From: Spirochaetota bacterium
GTDB lineage: Bacteria; Spirochaetota; UBA4802; UBA5550
Assembly: GCA_050298055.1 (NCBI GenBank)
Contig: JBNKTL010000002.1
Span: 32,001 to 96,000, forward strand
Direction: 5' to 3'
DNA: 64,000 nucleotides
Shown: positions 16,830 through 25,937 of the stretch, in pieces
How positions within the stretch are numbered: the first letter of the stretch is position 1
How the letters are laid out: the number at the start of each line of letters is the position of its first letter
Notes under the pieces: model-generated
What the model saw: only the letters and a program-made list of their open reading frames with translations
Database searches by the model: none
Told to the model about the DNA's origin: nothing
Program-made: the position numbers and the translations under genes

Positions 16830-17834
16830 ATGAACAGACATGAAAAATCCCGGTTTCACTATATATTCCTGACCTTCGGACTGGCGCCAATACTCTTCAT
16901 CGGCATCTACTATGCCGTCTATGGTTCCGGGGAGATGGAGATCGGCAGAGACAAACCCTCAAGGACTGCCGAGGGCGTTGCCGCGCTGAGGGCCATGGCC
17001 TGTTATGAACCGGATAAAAAGTACAGGAACCCCGATTACCTCGCCGAGAAGTTTATCAGCCGGGACTTCCGGGATTCGGCAAGATGGTGGTATGATCCCG
17101 GACATGTTGAGGTAATACTTGAACGAATTCATGAAAGGGGTGCCGTTGGTTATTTTTATCTCAATGCGCGGACCAAGCATATTGATGCCACCCTGAAGAA
17201 GGAGGCTGCAAAAGGCATAAAACAGGTTGTTGTTCTGGGATCGGGATATGACAGCCGGGCATACAGGTTTGGGAAGAGTCTGCCGGGTGTTAAGTTCTTC
17301 GAAGTAGACCTCCCGGCAACCATTGAAGAAAAACAGGAGAGAGTGAAAAAGATCTTCGGAAAGCTGCCGGAAAACACATTTTATGCGCCTATCGATTTTA
17401 ATACAGACACAATTGAGAATGTCCTGTTAAAAGCAGGATATAATTCTTCCCTGATGACCTTCTTTATTTGGGAGGGGGTCTCCATGTATATCAGCGAGGA
17501 AGCTGTGAACAGTACACTTAAATTCATCGCAGAAAAATCAGGACCGGGAAGCTCGGTAATATTCGACTATCTCCACAGGGATGTCATCGACGGTGAATTC
17601 GAAAAACATCATGGGGCGGAGAGAATGGCCGAACGGGTGGAAGATGTGGGCGAACCCTTTACCTTCGGCATGGCACGGGATGAAGCCGAACTTACCGTAA
17701 AAAAGAACGGGCTGAAGGTCATATGGGACATCGGCAAAAAAGAGATGGAGAATATCTACCTTGTAACCAGCCGGGGAGAGGTGCGGGGGCCCGCACCGAC
17801 TTTTTTCAGGATTATGCACGCGGGGAAATTATAA
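16830..17834 (+). CDS. SAM-dependent methyltransferase (leucine carboxyl methyltransferase-like) with N-terminal TM anchor
   Basis: SRTAEGVAALRA, ARTKHID, QVVVLGSGYDSRAYR, FFEVDLP and FIWEGVSMY. Confidence 0.9.
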   Translation: MNRHEKSRFHYIFLTFGLAPILFIGIYYAVYGSGEMEIGRDKPSRTAEGVAALRAMACYEPDKKYRNPDYLAEKFISRDFRDSARWWYDPGHVEVILERIHERGAVGYFYLNARTKHIDATLKKEAAKGIKQVVVLGSGYDSRAYRFGKSLPGVKFFEVDLPATIEEKQERVKKIFGKLPENTFYAPIDFNTDTIENVLLKAGYNSSLMTFFIWEGVSMYISEEAVNSTLKFIAEKSGPGSSVIFDYLHRDVIDGEFEKHHGAERMAERVEDVGEPFTFGMARDEAELTVKKNGLKVIWDIGKKEMENIYLVTSRGEVRGPAPTFFRIMHAGKL

Positions 17835-18547
17835 TGAAAAAACCGGGGCTGATCGGCGGGATAGGACCTGAATCAACAGTTGAATACTACAGGCTTATTC
17901 TCCGGAAATACAGGGAAAAACTGGGTACCCGAGAGTATCCTGAAATATTAATAAACAGCATTAATATGACAGCAATGCTGGAACTGGTCTTCACCGGCAG
18001 GCTTGATGAACTTGTGGATTTAATGACCGCGAGTGTATTGGACCTGGAAAAAGCGGGAGCCGATTTCGCCGCAATTACATCAAACACACCGCATATTGTT
18101 TTTGATGAGATAATGAAAAAAGTAAAGATCCCGGTAATCAGCATCGTTGAAGAAACATGTAAAAGCGCAGGCAACAGTAAAATAAAAAAAGCTGCGCTTT
18201 TCGGGACAAAATCAACCATGACAGCCGGTTTTTATAACCGGACTGCGAAAAAATATGGAATTGAAATCATTACACCGGATGATGATACAATAGATTATAT
18301 CCATGACCGATATATGAATGAACTTGTCTTTAACCGGATACTTCCGGAAACAAAATCAAAACTTGTACAGATTGCAGAAGAAATGAGACGCTCACAGGGA
18401 ATTCACGGGCTTATCCTCGGTGGAACAGAGCTTCCCCTGATCCTCAGGCAGGAGGACTTTGAGGAAATTAAGCTGTTTGATACAACCTCCATTCATGTTG
18501 AAAGCATTATTAATGAGATGATAACTATCCCCCGGCCCCCGGGCTAA
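17834..18547 (+). CDS. Aspartate/glutamate racemase family protein lacking both catalytic cysteines
   Basis: GLIGGIGPEST..YY, ITSNTPH, LFGTKSTM and LGGTELP. The ATG overlaps the upstream TAA (TAATG). Confidence 0.88.
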   Translation: MKKPGLIGGIGPESTVEYYRLILRKYREKLGTREYPEILINSINMTAMLELVFTGRLDELVDLMTASVLDLEKAGADFAAITSNTPHIVFDEIMKKVKIPVISIVEETCKSAGNSKIKKAALFGTKSTMTAGFYNRTAKKYGIEIITPDDDTIDYIHDRYMNELVFNRILPETKSKLVQIAEEMRRSQGIHGLILGGTELPLILRQEDFEEIKLFDTTSIHVESIINEMITIPRPPG

Positions 18548-18552
18548 AATGT

Positions 18553-18606
18553 CGTTTATTACACTCTACGTAGCGTTCATTACACTCTATGTAGCATTCA
18601 TTACAC
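18553..18606 (+). promoter_or_regulatory. 21-bp tandem direct repeat (about 2.5 units) abutting a -35 box
   Basis: CGTTTATTACACTCTACGTAG / CGTTCATTACACTCTATGTAG / CATTCATTACAC. ATTACAC at 18558, 18579 and 18600; TTGACA at 18612; TATTAT at 18634. Confidence 0.75.
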
Positions 18607-18644
18607 GTCACTTGACAAAGTTATGAAAATGTGTATTATTCACA

Positions 18645-18725
18645 TCAGTAACATTACATCATCCTTATGACTGGATTACTGCTTATCTTACCTACAGGGC
18701 TGTAATCCAGTCATCTTTATTCTCT
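18645..18725 (+). ncRNA. Candidate small RNA of about 75-80 nt
   Basis: TTGACA-N16-TATTAT promoter, then a perfect 13-bp stem ATGACTGGATTAC (18667-18679) / GTAATCCAGTCAT (18702-18714) and a pyrimidine-rich tail. The next gene has its own TTGACA at 18900. Confidence 0.5.
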
Positions 18726-18743
18726 CTTATCATAACAAAAATC

Positions 18744-18886
18744 GTAATAACTCAAGATGAGCAATAAGAATAATCATATTCATGGAAAAACAGAACTGAT
18801 ATGTTCCCCGCTGCCTATTACGGTGGGGACTTATTTTTGGTATTTTATTAAATATGTCAATTTAAGCCATTCAACTGAGTCGTTAC
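18744..18886 (+). mobile_element. MITE copy B
   Basis: GTAATAACTCAAG...CTGAGTCGTTAC ends; degenerate core TCCCCGCTGCC-TATT-ACGGTGGGGAC. Confidence 0.8.
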
Positions 18887-18972
18887 AAAAAACAAATAAT
18901 TGACAGATAGCAGCAAAACCTTAATATGAAAAGCAGGGCCGGGATATTCTAAAACCGGAAAAAGAGAGAAAC

Positions 18973-20022
18973 ATGAAAACAGCTGCAATAGTGATTAATG
19001 TCCTGTTAATAATACTTTTTCCCCATTACGGTTTATCCGGCTCAGAGAAATCCCCCGGAGCAGATGAAAAAAAAACAGAAGTTGTTTTAACCGGAGAAGA
19101 ATGCAGGGAAAAACTGCAACTCATAAAAAAACTCTTATCATCAAAATTAAAAGCTGATTTAAACAATGCCATTGTTCATGCCGTCAAAATTCCCTTCGGA
19201 AAAAAATGCAATGAAGTCCATTACCATATAATTGACAGTTTGATTTCCTTGGGATATTACCCGGAAAAATATAACTCTTTCATTATAAAGACCATGGATG
19301 GGATTGAGGAGCCGTCCATGGATTACAGGACGACCTGGTGCCTCAGGTATATTGCGTCAGATGGTGAAATAAATAAAAGTGAATGGGACTCTGCTCTGAA
19401 CATGATAAAAAACGGGAAACTTATCTCATTGCCGGTATACTTCAGGTATCTTTTTACCGGGATAAAAAGTCTGTCCGGCGGAAAAGCAGAATCAAGACTG
19501 GATGATGTTCTGGGAAAAGCAAAAGAATTCAAATATGTTAAATCAGATGAACCTGCCGATCTCCTTTTTGCAGTTATCAACGGACTCAATCCGGACAACG
19601 TCAGGCATTACCGGATAATCGGTTATATTCTTAAGAAATATGCGAAGATCATACCTGACAATGAAAAAGAGAACAGGAACACTGCTCTTATCTATTGGAA
19701 AATGTATACAAAAATGATTGAAATAAACCGGAACAGGGATATGATTGAAAGTGTCCTCTCCGGAATGATATCTTTTCTGAAAAGAAGAAATCCCTCTGAG
19801 GGACCCGCAAGGGTCCTCATAAGTACTGCACTCTCAATTGAGAGAAAAATACGTCACACGAGAGACCCTTTCTATGAAAGTCAGCTTTACATGATAAACA
19901 GAGAGCTTCTCAACTGGATATGTTACTCAGTGGCATCAAGCAGCTATATGAACAGCATCGAAAAGAGAAAAAAATATATAAAAAGAAACAGAATCAAATG
20001 CAGAAAGGGAGGGGAAGACTAA
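18973..20022 (+). CDS. Hypothetical exported, probably alpha-helical, protein
   Basis: 349-aa ORF with a signal peptide; no motif recognised. Confidence 0.7.
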   Translation: MKTAAIVINVLLIILFPHYGLSGSEKSPGADEKKTEVVLTGEECREKLQLIKKLLSSKLKADLNNAIVHAVKIPFGKKCNEVHYHIIDSLISLGYYPEKYNSFIIKTMDGIEEPSMDYRTTWCLRYIASDGEINKSEWDSALNMIKNGKLISLPVYFRYLFTGIKSLSGGKAESRLDDVLGKAKEFKYVKSDEPADLLFAVINGLNPDNVRHYRIIGYILKKYAKIIPDNEKENRNTALIYWKMYTKMIEINRNRDMIESVLSGMISFLKRRNPSEGPARVLISTALSIERKIRHTRDPFYESQLYMINRELLNWICYSVASSSYMNSIEKRKKYIKRNRIKCRKGGED

Positions 20023-20393
20023 TGAGACAGAGCCTCCTGTTTTTTTTAATTATTTTCACTCCTGTAATGATTTTGTCATATGCAGATAAATACCTGTTTC
20101 AAAATGAGAAGACCTGCAGCCGGTGTCTCCAGGAAATAAAAAGCAAATCGAACGAGAAAAAAAACGAATACCGGTGCAGGCCGAAAAACAGCTCCCGGCC
20201 GGAGAGGGATTACTTTATTGAAAAGAGGTATTTCTCTTCAGAAAGCAGTGAGTTTCTGAAGATCATTGAAAAGGAGAATTACAGGGAGAAAAGCGGAAAA
20301 AAGAAGAGATCCATTCTCCGGGAACAGAAAGGATTGACTGAAAAGGAAGTCAGAGAACTCTGCCCCCGGACCTACACTCTCTTACAAAGGTAA
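20022..20393 (+). CDS. Hypothetical small exported basic protein with four Cys
   Basis: ATG overlaps the upstream TAA; signal peptide MRQSLLFFLIIFTPVMILSYA; CSRC plus two further Cys. Confidence 0.65.
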   Translation: MRQSLLFFLIIFTPVMILSYADKYLFQNEKTCSRCLQEIKSKSNEKKNEYRCRPKNSSRPERDYFIEKRYFSSESSEFLKIIEKENYREKSGKKKRSILREQKGLTEKEVRELCPRTYTLLQR

Positions 20394-20395
20394 AT

Positions 20396-20818
20396 TCACC
20401 GTCCCTGCTCCCTGGCCAGCCTGACAATTTTCTTTTTCATGCCCTTCTCTTTCAATTGATAAACAACAACACATTTTCCGGAAGCTTTATCGTATGTAGA
20501 TTTAACAATCATAGCCCCGCGAATTGTCCCTGAAAACTCTTTCTTTACAACATCTTTAAAAACTTCAGTCTTGACCTTACCCCTGACACTTTCAATACCT
20601 GTTTCTGCAAATTTTATTATCATCTTTGCCACAGCATCAAGCCTTGCAGCCTCACATGCACTGGCCCTGCCCTGGACACCGGTAAATTCTTTCTTCGCAT
20701 AACCTGTTCCCGAAACCCTGAAGGTACTTTCATCCACCCAGACTCCTCTTTCCATGCTGTTGGAACAGAGAAGAAGAGGAAGTGTAAAAAGAGATACCAA
20801 TCTGATAAGTTTTTTCAT
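20396..20818 (-). CDS. LipL21/LPP20-like lipoprotein
   Basis: Lipobox-like LLL-C; ASACEAARLDA...IESVRG...EFSGTIRG resembles Leptospira LipL21 (TCREASRLQG...VESASG...QSQGVVKG). Confidence 0.6.
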   Translation of the reverse strand: MKKLIRLVSLFTLPLLLCSNSMERGVWVDESTFRVSGTGYAKKEFTGVQGRASACEAARLDAVAKMIIKFAETGIESVRGKVKTEVFKDVVKKEFSGTIRGAMIVKSTYDKASGKCVVVYQLKEKGMKKKIVRLAREQGR

Positions 20819-20869
20819 ATCTTCACCTTCTCAAAAATTTTATTTATCACCCTGTCAATATCCTGACCG

Positions 20870-20984
20870 ATTTGAAATAATAAACCACGCAATTTCAATC
20901 AACGACCTGACAGCATCTTACCGCCGCCGTGGGCGTCGAAAACATATATACAGGCTTATTTTAGCCAAACAGCTGAGTAGTTAT
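20870..20984 (+). mobile_element. MITE copy C (degenerate; left end uncertain)
   Basis: CCGCCGCCGTGGGCG core remnant; right end AGCCAAACAGCTGAGTAGTTAT. Confidence 0.65.
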
Positions 20985-21049
20985 AATAAAAATAATATAC
21001 ATAATTTTAAGCATATGAGGTAACGGAATCAAGAATTTTATTGAAAAAT

Positions 21050-21190
21050 ATTACGATTCAACCAGAGTTTTCAAAATTAACAGGTTAATAAATATTACAA
21101 AACCGGTAAGTCCCACCGCCTTCGGTGGCAGAGACATACTCTTATTTTTGCCATTATTATATATTTTTAACCATACAACCGATTATTATT
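21050..21190 (+). mobile_element. MITE copy D (highly degenerate)
   Basis: Core GTCCCACCGCC-TTC-GGTGGCAGAGAC at ~21110-21135 with eroded ends. Confidence 0.5.
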
Positions 21191-21319
21191 ATAAAATTAC
21201 AGGAAAAGAGCTGATATACAGAGAGTTTATACTATAATTGTTAAAGAAAAAGAAAAATATATTGTCCTCCTGAAGCATTAAATGCTATATACAATTAACA
21301 ACCGATTAACATTAATGAT

Positions 21320-23218
21320 ATGAATAATTTTTCTCTTATACTTCCGATCTCTCTTTTAATCGCTGCCGGGTTCATGGGCTATATGATCACATACAGGAAG
21401 CGGCAGGAGAGAAAAAAGACCGATGAAAAACTAAACCAATACAAGGAAAACCTCGAAGATATTGTCGTTGAGCAGACAACCGATTTAATAAGGGCCAATA
21501 AGTCGTTAAAAAAAGAAATTGAAGAGAAGGAGAAATACGAAGAGCAGCTGCGCGAAAAGAACCAGGAGCTTTTTGCCGCCAATGAAGAGCTCAGAGCAGC
21601 CATGGAAGAGCTTGAAGCAAGTAACGAAGAGTTTGAGGCACAGAACGAAGAACTTATTCGATCGGCTTATGAACTTCAGAAAAATGAAGCATTCCAAAAA
21701 AGTATATTCAAGGTTGCTCCCACCGGTATCGGAGTTGTTACAAACAGGGAGTTCACAACTATCAATAAACAGATTACAGACATGACCGGTTACACGGCAG
21801 ATGAGCTCATCGGGAAAAACTCAAGAATCCTCTATCCAACAGATGAAGAGTATCAGTTTGTTGATAAAGAAATGATCAAACAGATAACAAAGTATGGGAC
21901 CGGTTCAGTGGAAACAGAGTGGCAGCGAAAGGATGGTGTAATAATCGACATTCTCCTGAACGCAACACCGATCACCGTGAAAGATCCATCCGCGGACATT
22001 ACCTTTACAGCTCTTAATATTACAGACAGAAAAATAACCGAAAAAAGGCTCAGGGAGAGCGAAGAGCATTTAAGAAAACTCCTGGAAAACTCACCGGTTG
22101 GGATAGGAATATCAGATGAAGAGGGAAAGTTTACATTTCTTAACCACAAGTTTACCCGGTTATTCGGTTATACAGTGGATGACATCCCTGACCTTGAGAC
22201 ATGGTGGTCGGCGGCCCACCCGGATGAACACTATAGAAAGGCTGTTAAAGAGACATGGGATGCTGTTGTAAAAGAATCCGGTAAAACAGGGAATTCAATA
22301 TATCCCCAGGAGTGGGAGGTTACCTGCAAAAACGGGAATGTTAAATATATTCAATTCTATATGACCCTAATCGGCGACCACTCATTTATTGTCATCAACG
22401 ACCTCACGGAGAAGAAACAGTCAGAGCAGCTCCTTATTCAGACAGAGAAGATGATGACTGTAGGGGGACTGGCTGCAGGGATGGCCCATGAGATCAATAA
22501 TCCCCTGGGTGTAATATTACAGGGAGTACAGTTAACACTGAACAGGCTCTCTTCGGAGAACAATGAGAATCGAAAAACCGCTGAAAAACGAGATACCGAC
22601 CTGGAGAAGATAAGGGATTACCTCGAAGACAGAAATATTTTTAAATACCTCCATGGCATCAGAGACGCCGGTATGCGCGCTTCAGCTATCATTACAAACA
22701 TGCTCAATTTCAGCAGAAGGACTAAAGCCAGAAAGAAACCGGCAGATTTACATGCAATTATCGAAAAGGCAATTGATATCGCTTCCCAGGATTATAACCT
22801 TGAAAAGAAATACGACTTCAGAAATATAACAATCAACAGGAAATACGATAACAATCTTGAAAAGGTGCCCTGTATTGAAACAGAAATCGAACAGGTAATC
22901 CTTAACCTGTTAACAAATTCATCCCAGGCAATGGCCGAGATCAATGAGTGGGGCTACAGGCCTGTGATCGATATTACAAGCTTCAATGAAGACAGTTATA
23001 CTGTTATTGAAATCACCGATAATGGGCCCGGAATGACAAAAGAAGTTCTCAATCATATCTTTGAACCTTTCTATACAACCAAAGATGTCGGAACAGGTAC
23101 CGGCCTCGGTTTATCCGTATCCTATTTTATCGTTACCAACAATCATAACGGGATTTTTACTGCTAAATCGGAACCGGGTAACGGTGCATGTTTTATAATA
23201 AAACTTCCCTTTGAATAA
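21320..23218 (+). CDS. Membrane-anchored PAS-PAS sensor histidine kinase (NtrB-like)
   Basis: N-terminal TM, NEEL-type coiled coil, two PAS domains, AGMAHEINNPL, EQVILNLLTNS, DNGPG and FEPFYTTK.VGTGTGLGL. Confidence 0.93.
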   Translation: MNNFSLILPISLLIAAGFMGYMITYRKRQERKKTDEKLNQYKENLEDIVVEQTTDLIRANKSLKKEIEEKEKYEEQLREKNQELFAANEELRAAMEELEASNEEFEAQNEELIRSAYELQKNEAFQKSIFKVAPTGIGVVTNREFTTINKQITDMTGYTADELIGKNSRILYPTDEEYQFVDKEMIKQITKYGTGSVETEWQRKDGVIIDILLNATPITVKDPSADITFTALNITDRKITEKRLRESEEHLRKLLENSPVGIGISDEEGKFTFLNHKFTRLFGYTVDDIPDLETWWSAAHPDEHYRKAVKETWDAVVKESGKTGNSIYPQEWEVTCKNGNVKYIQFYMTLIGDHSFIVINDLTEKKQSEQLLIQTEKMMTVGGLAAGMAHEINNPLGVILQGVQLTLNRLSSENNENRKTAEKRDTDLEKIRDYLEDRNIFKYLHGIRDAGMRASAIITNMLNFSRRTKARKKPADLHAIIEKAIDIASQDYNLEKKYDFRNITINRKYDNNLEKVPCIETEIEQVILNLLTNSSQAMAEINEWGYRPVIDITSFNEDSYTVIEITDNGPGMTKEVLNHIFEPFYTTKDVGTGTGLGLSVSYFIVTNNHNGIFTAKSEPGNGACFIIKLPFE

Positions 23219-23363
23219 GGGAACCTCTCTTGTTAAGAAACTGCTCTTTATTTACTATCATCCAAAAATATTTTTTTCAATGCATCCTGCTCCCATATTT
23301 CTTGACAGGAAGAATTTAATTTTATTATTATCCCGGAATCAGACAAAACAAATCAGGATCACT

Positions 23364-24479
23364 ATGGACAGCGATTTTAACGACATTAGACCGTACAGGG
23401 ATCATGAAGTGCCTGAAGTGATGAAACGGCTAACCGAAAGCAGTGATTTCGCACAGGGGATGAACTTCTTCATGGGAAGAAAGGCTGATAATCAGCTCAG
23501 CCCGAATGAAATAGAAACCATAAAGAAAACCATGCTGGAAATAAAAACCGTGGATGAATTTCAGATGAAAATTGTTATGCACCTGATGTTCGTGCCGGTT
23601 ATAGAAAACTCTGTTGATGCGATAACAGGTTCAGGGCTGGATAAACTGGCAGCATACGGAAACTGTCTGTTTATCAGCAATCACAGGGACATTGCACTGG
23701 ACCCGGCACTCCAGAACTACCTGCTGATGAAAAACAACCTGAACACTTTCGAAATCGCATTTGGCGACAACCTTCTTATCAGTGAGTTTATCTCTGATCT
23801 TATCAGGATCAATAAGTCCTTCATAGTGAAAAGGAACCTTCCCATATCGGAACTGCTTGAATCGTCAATTCACCTCTCAAAATATATTGAATATACTCAT
23901 TCCAGGGGAAATTCAGTATGGATCGCGCAGAGGGAAGGAAGGGCCAAGGACGGTAATGATTTCACAAATCCCGCAGTTATCAAGATGCTGACCCTGTCTC
24001 AAAGGGAGAAAGGTACCGGTCTCACGGAATTCATAAAGAGAATGAATGTTGTTCCTGTTGCCATTTCTTATGAATTTGATCCCTGTGATAAGATGAAAGG
24101 CCTTGAGCTTTATAAAAAGATGAAAACAGGCGAATCTAAAAAAAGCGCGCTGGAAGATATGGCGAGTATGAACCAGGGAATTTTGGGACACAAGGGAAGA
24201 ATCCATATTTCATTCTCAAAGCCCCTTGAAGGTGAATTTAATACCGAAAAGGATGTTGCTGAAGCAGTTGACCGGTCTATCCATTCAGGCTACCGGCTCT
24301 GGCCATCAAATTATATTGCATATGACACTACCAGGAAAGGTTCAAAGTATGCTGATAACTATACAGATGATGAGAAGAAAAAATTCCTGGATAACTATGC
24401 TCGAATGCCGGAAGAAGTAAGACAGATAGTCCTTGAAGAATATGCAAATCCGGTAGTTAACAGGGAAAAGCCGTTGTAA
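23364..24479 (+). CDS. Glycerolipid acyltransferase (PlsC superfamily)
   Basis: FNDIRPY, SNHRDIALD (HX4D), WIAQREGRAKDGND and ISYEFDPCD. Likely start ATG 23364. Confidence 0.88.
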   Translation: MDSDFNDIRPYRDHEVPEVMKRLTESSDFAQGMNFFMGRKADNQLSPNEIETIKKTMLEIKTVDEFQMKIVMHLMFVPVIENSVDAITGSGLDKLAAYGNCLFISNHRDIALDPALQNYLLMKNNLNTFEIAFGDNLLISEFISDLIRINKSFIVKRNLPISELLESSIHLSKYIEYTHSRGNSVWIAQREGRAKDGNDFTNPAVIKMLTLSQREKGTGLTEFIKRMNVVPVAISYEFDPCDKMKGLELYKKMKTGESKKSALEDMASMNQGILGHKGRIHISFSKPLEGEFNTEKDVAEAVDRSIHSGYRLWPSNYIAYDTTRKGSKYADNYTDDEKKKFLDNYARMPEEVRQIVLEEYANPVVNREKPL

Positions 24480-24505
24480 AAAACAGCCGGCAATCCTGCT
24501 TCCAA

Positions 24506-25480
24506 TCAGTTCTCCTTGTATTTTGTACTCCTTCTTGACATGTATGAAAACTCAAGCAGTTCCTTCGTGTTCTTTTTCTTCAGTTTCATCTTCATGTTTC
24601 TCAGATGCTTATCATAAGTAGCATCGGCAATATCCATCTCCCGTGCAATCTCCCTTCGTGAAAGTCCCAGGGAAAGGTGTCTGAGCAGTTCTCTCTCCTT
24701 TGAGGTAAGAAGCTCCAGCTTGACATTAAGAAGCTCATCTTCAAGTTGCACTTCTTTTGTAATATTTTGTGATATCATGACCGAATAAAGAGGCGAATCG
24801 TTACTATCCTTTACCAGGCGGATACCCGACCTGAACCAGAATGTGTTTCCATCCCGGTAATTTATTCTGTGAACCAGGGTGCTCTCCCCTGCACACCCTG
24901 ATAAAATTTGAGAAAAATAACTGCTGACCATTGGATAGTCATCATCATGAATGATATTTCGGTAATGGGTCCCTTCCAGCTTTTCCCTTGGAGTATCAAG
25001 ATAAGAGCAGTTGTAATCGTTAATAAAAAGGATTTCGCCACCCAGGTTGATAAATGAAATACCTGCAAGGGTATTCTCCAATAGCTGTTTAAAGGTATTT
25101 TCCCGGTCAAGAGAAACCAGTTCCCTTCCGGTTTTTTTCCTGAAAATAACCAGGACTTTTCTTATATCTGCGGCATCGGTGAAATTTATAAATGTCGTTT
25201 TATAAATTCCCGCTCTTTCCTCATTACCAATTATACTGATCTCTTCTTCAATCTGATTTAATTCTATAAGTTTGCTATTGAGGATCTCTCCTGCCCTGTG
25301 TTGCTGTCCGCTGTCTATCAGACTGAAAAAATCACTTCCGGATATTTCATGATAAGCGGAGTTAAAGCACCTGCAAAAATTTTCATTGCAATAACATACT
25401 AAATAGTCCGCGTCCAGGATACAGACAGGATGTTCTGAATTATTATAGAGAAGACCTGCTGCTTTCATTTCAGCATTCAC
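24506..25480 (-). CDS. PAS-PAS-LuxR helix-turn-helix transcriptional regulator
   Basis: Two PAS domains; LTSKERELLRHLSLGLSRREIAREMDIADATYDKHLRNMKMKL. Confidence 0.9.
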   Translation of the reverse strand: MNAEMKAAGLLYNNSEHPVCILDADYLVCYCNENFCRCFNSAYHEISGSDFFSLIDSGQQHRAGEILNSKLIELNQIEEEISIIGNEERAGIYKTTFINFTDAADIRKVLVIFRKKTGRELVSLDRENTFKQLLENTLAGISFINLGGEILFINDYNCSYLDTPREKLEGTHYRNIIHDDDYPMVSSYFSQILSGCAGESTLVHRINYRDGNTFWFRSGIRLVKDSNDSPLYSVMISQNITKEVQLEDELLNVKLELLTSKERELLRHLSLGLSRREIAREMDIADATYDKHLRNMKMKLKKKNTKELLEFSYMSRRSTKYKEN

Positions 25481-25707
25481 CCTGATAAAAAAAAACGTGA
25501 CTGCATGTTAAAACAGCAGTTTTACGGCATGTCAGTTCAATAGCCATTATTTCATAAATAAATGATGCAGATCGGATAAACCGGACCTCTTATAAAGATG
25601 TAAATATTATAAAAAAGATTCAATGAGAATCTGTATATATACAGGGGAATTTACATTCTTAATACTTCCCTTCTCCCGTAACCACAACACCACTCTTCGC
25701 CGGGAAT

Positions 25708-25800
25708 AAAAAAAACTCAGCCAGTATAGATTCACCGGAGAACTTACTCTACTGGCTGTGAGAATTGACTTTCACTGAGATAATTATTATCAGCCAAATA
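25708..25800 (-). ncRNA. Candidate sRNA or attenuator leader of about 90 nt
   Basis: Minus-strand TTGACT (25836-25831) -N18- TAGATT promoter; CAGCCAGTA/TACTGGCTG stem followed by eight T (25715-25708); the 5' TGGCTG is complementary to the stem's CAGCCA. Confidence 0.5.
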
Positions 25801-25937
25801 ATAATTAATCTACTTTTTTTATATACTAAAAGTCAATGACGATCAATAAAAAAACACTGGTATATATACATACCTGTAGCACTCATTTACATTAATGTCA
25901 GGGATTTTCAGGAAATGATTATTTATGATTTTCCCAC

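Noticed and set aside
18553..18606. Tandem repeats as a mini CRISPR array
   Set aside because: The 21-bp units abut with no unique spacers, and no cas genes are present.
21560..21680. NEEL-type heptad repeats in the PAS kinase as a novel repeat
   Set aside because: This is a common signalling coiled coil in histidine kinases and CheB/CheR fusions.
25631..25644. CTGTATATATACAG as a LexA SOS box
   Set aside because: The spacing is CTGT-N6-ACAG, not the CTGT-N8-ACAG of the E. coli-type box, and no repair gene is adjacent.
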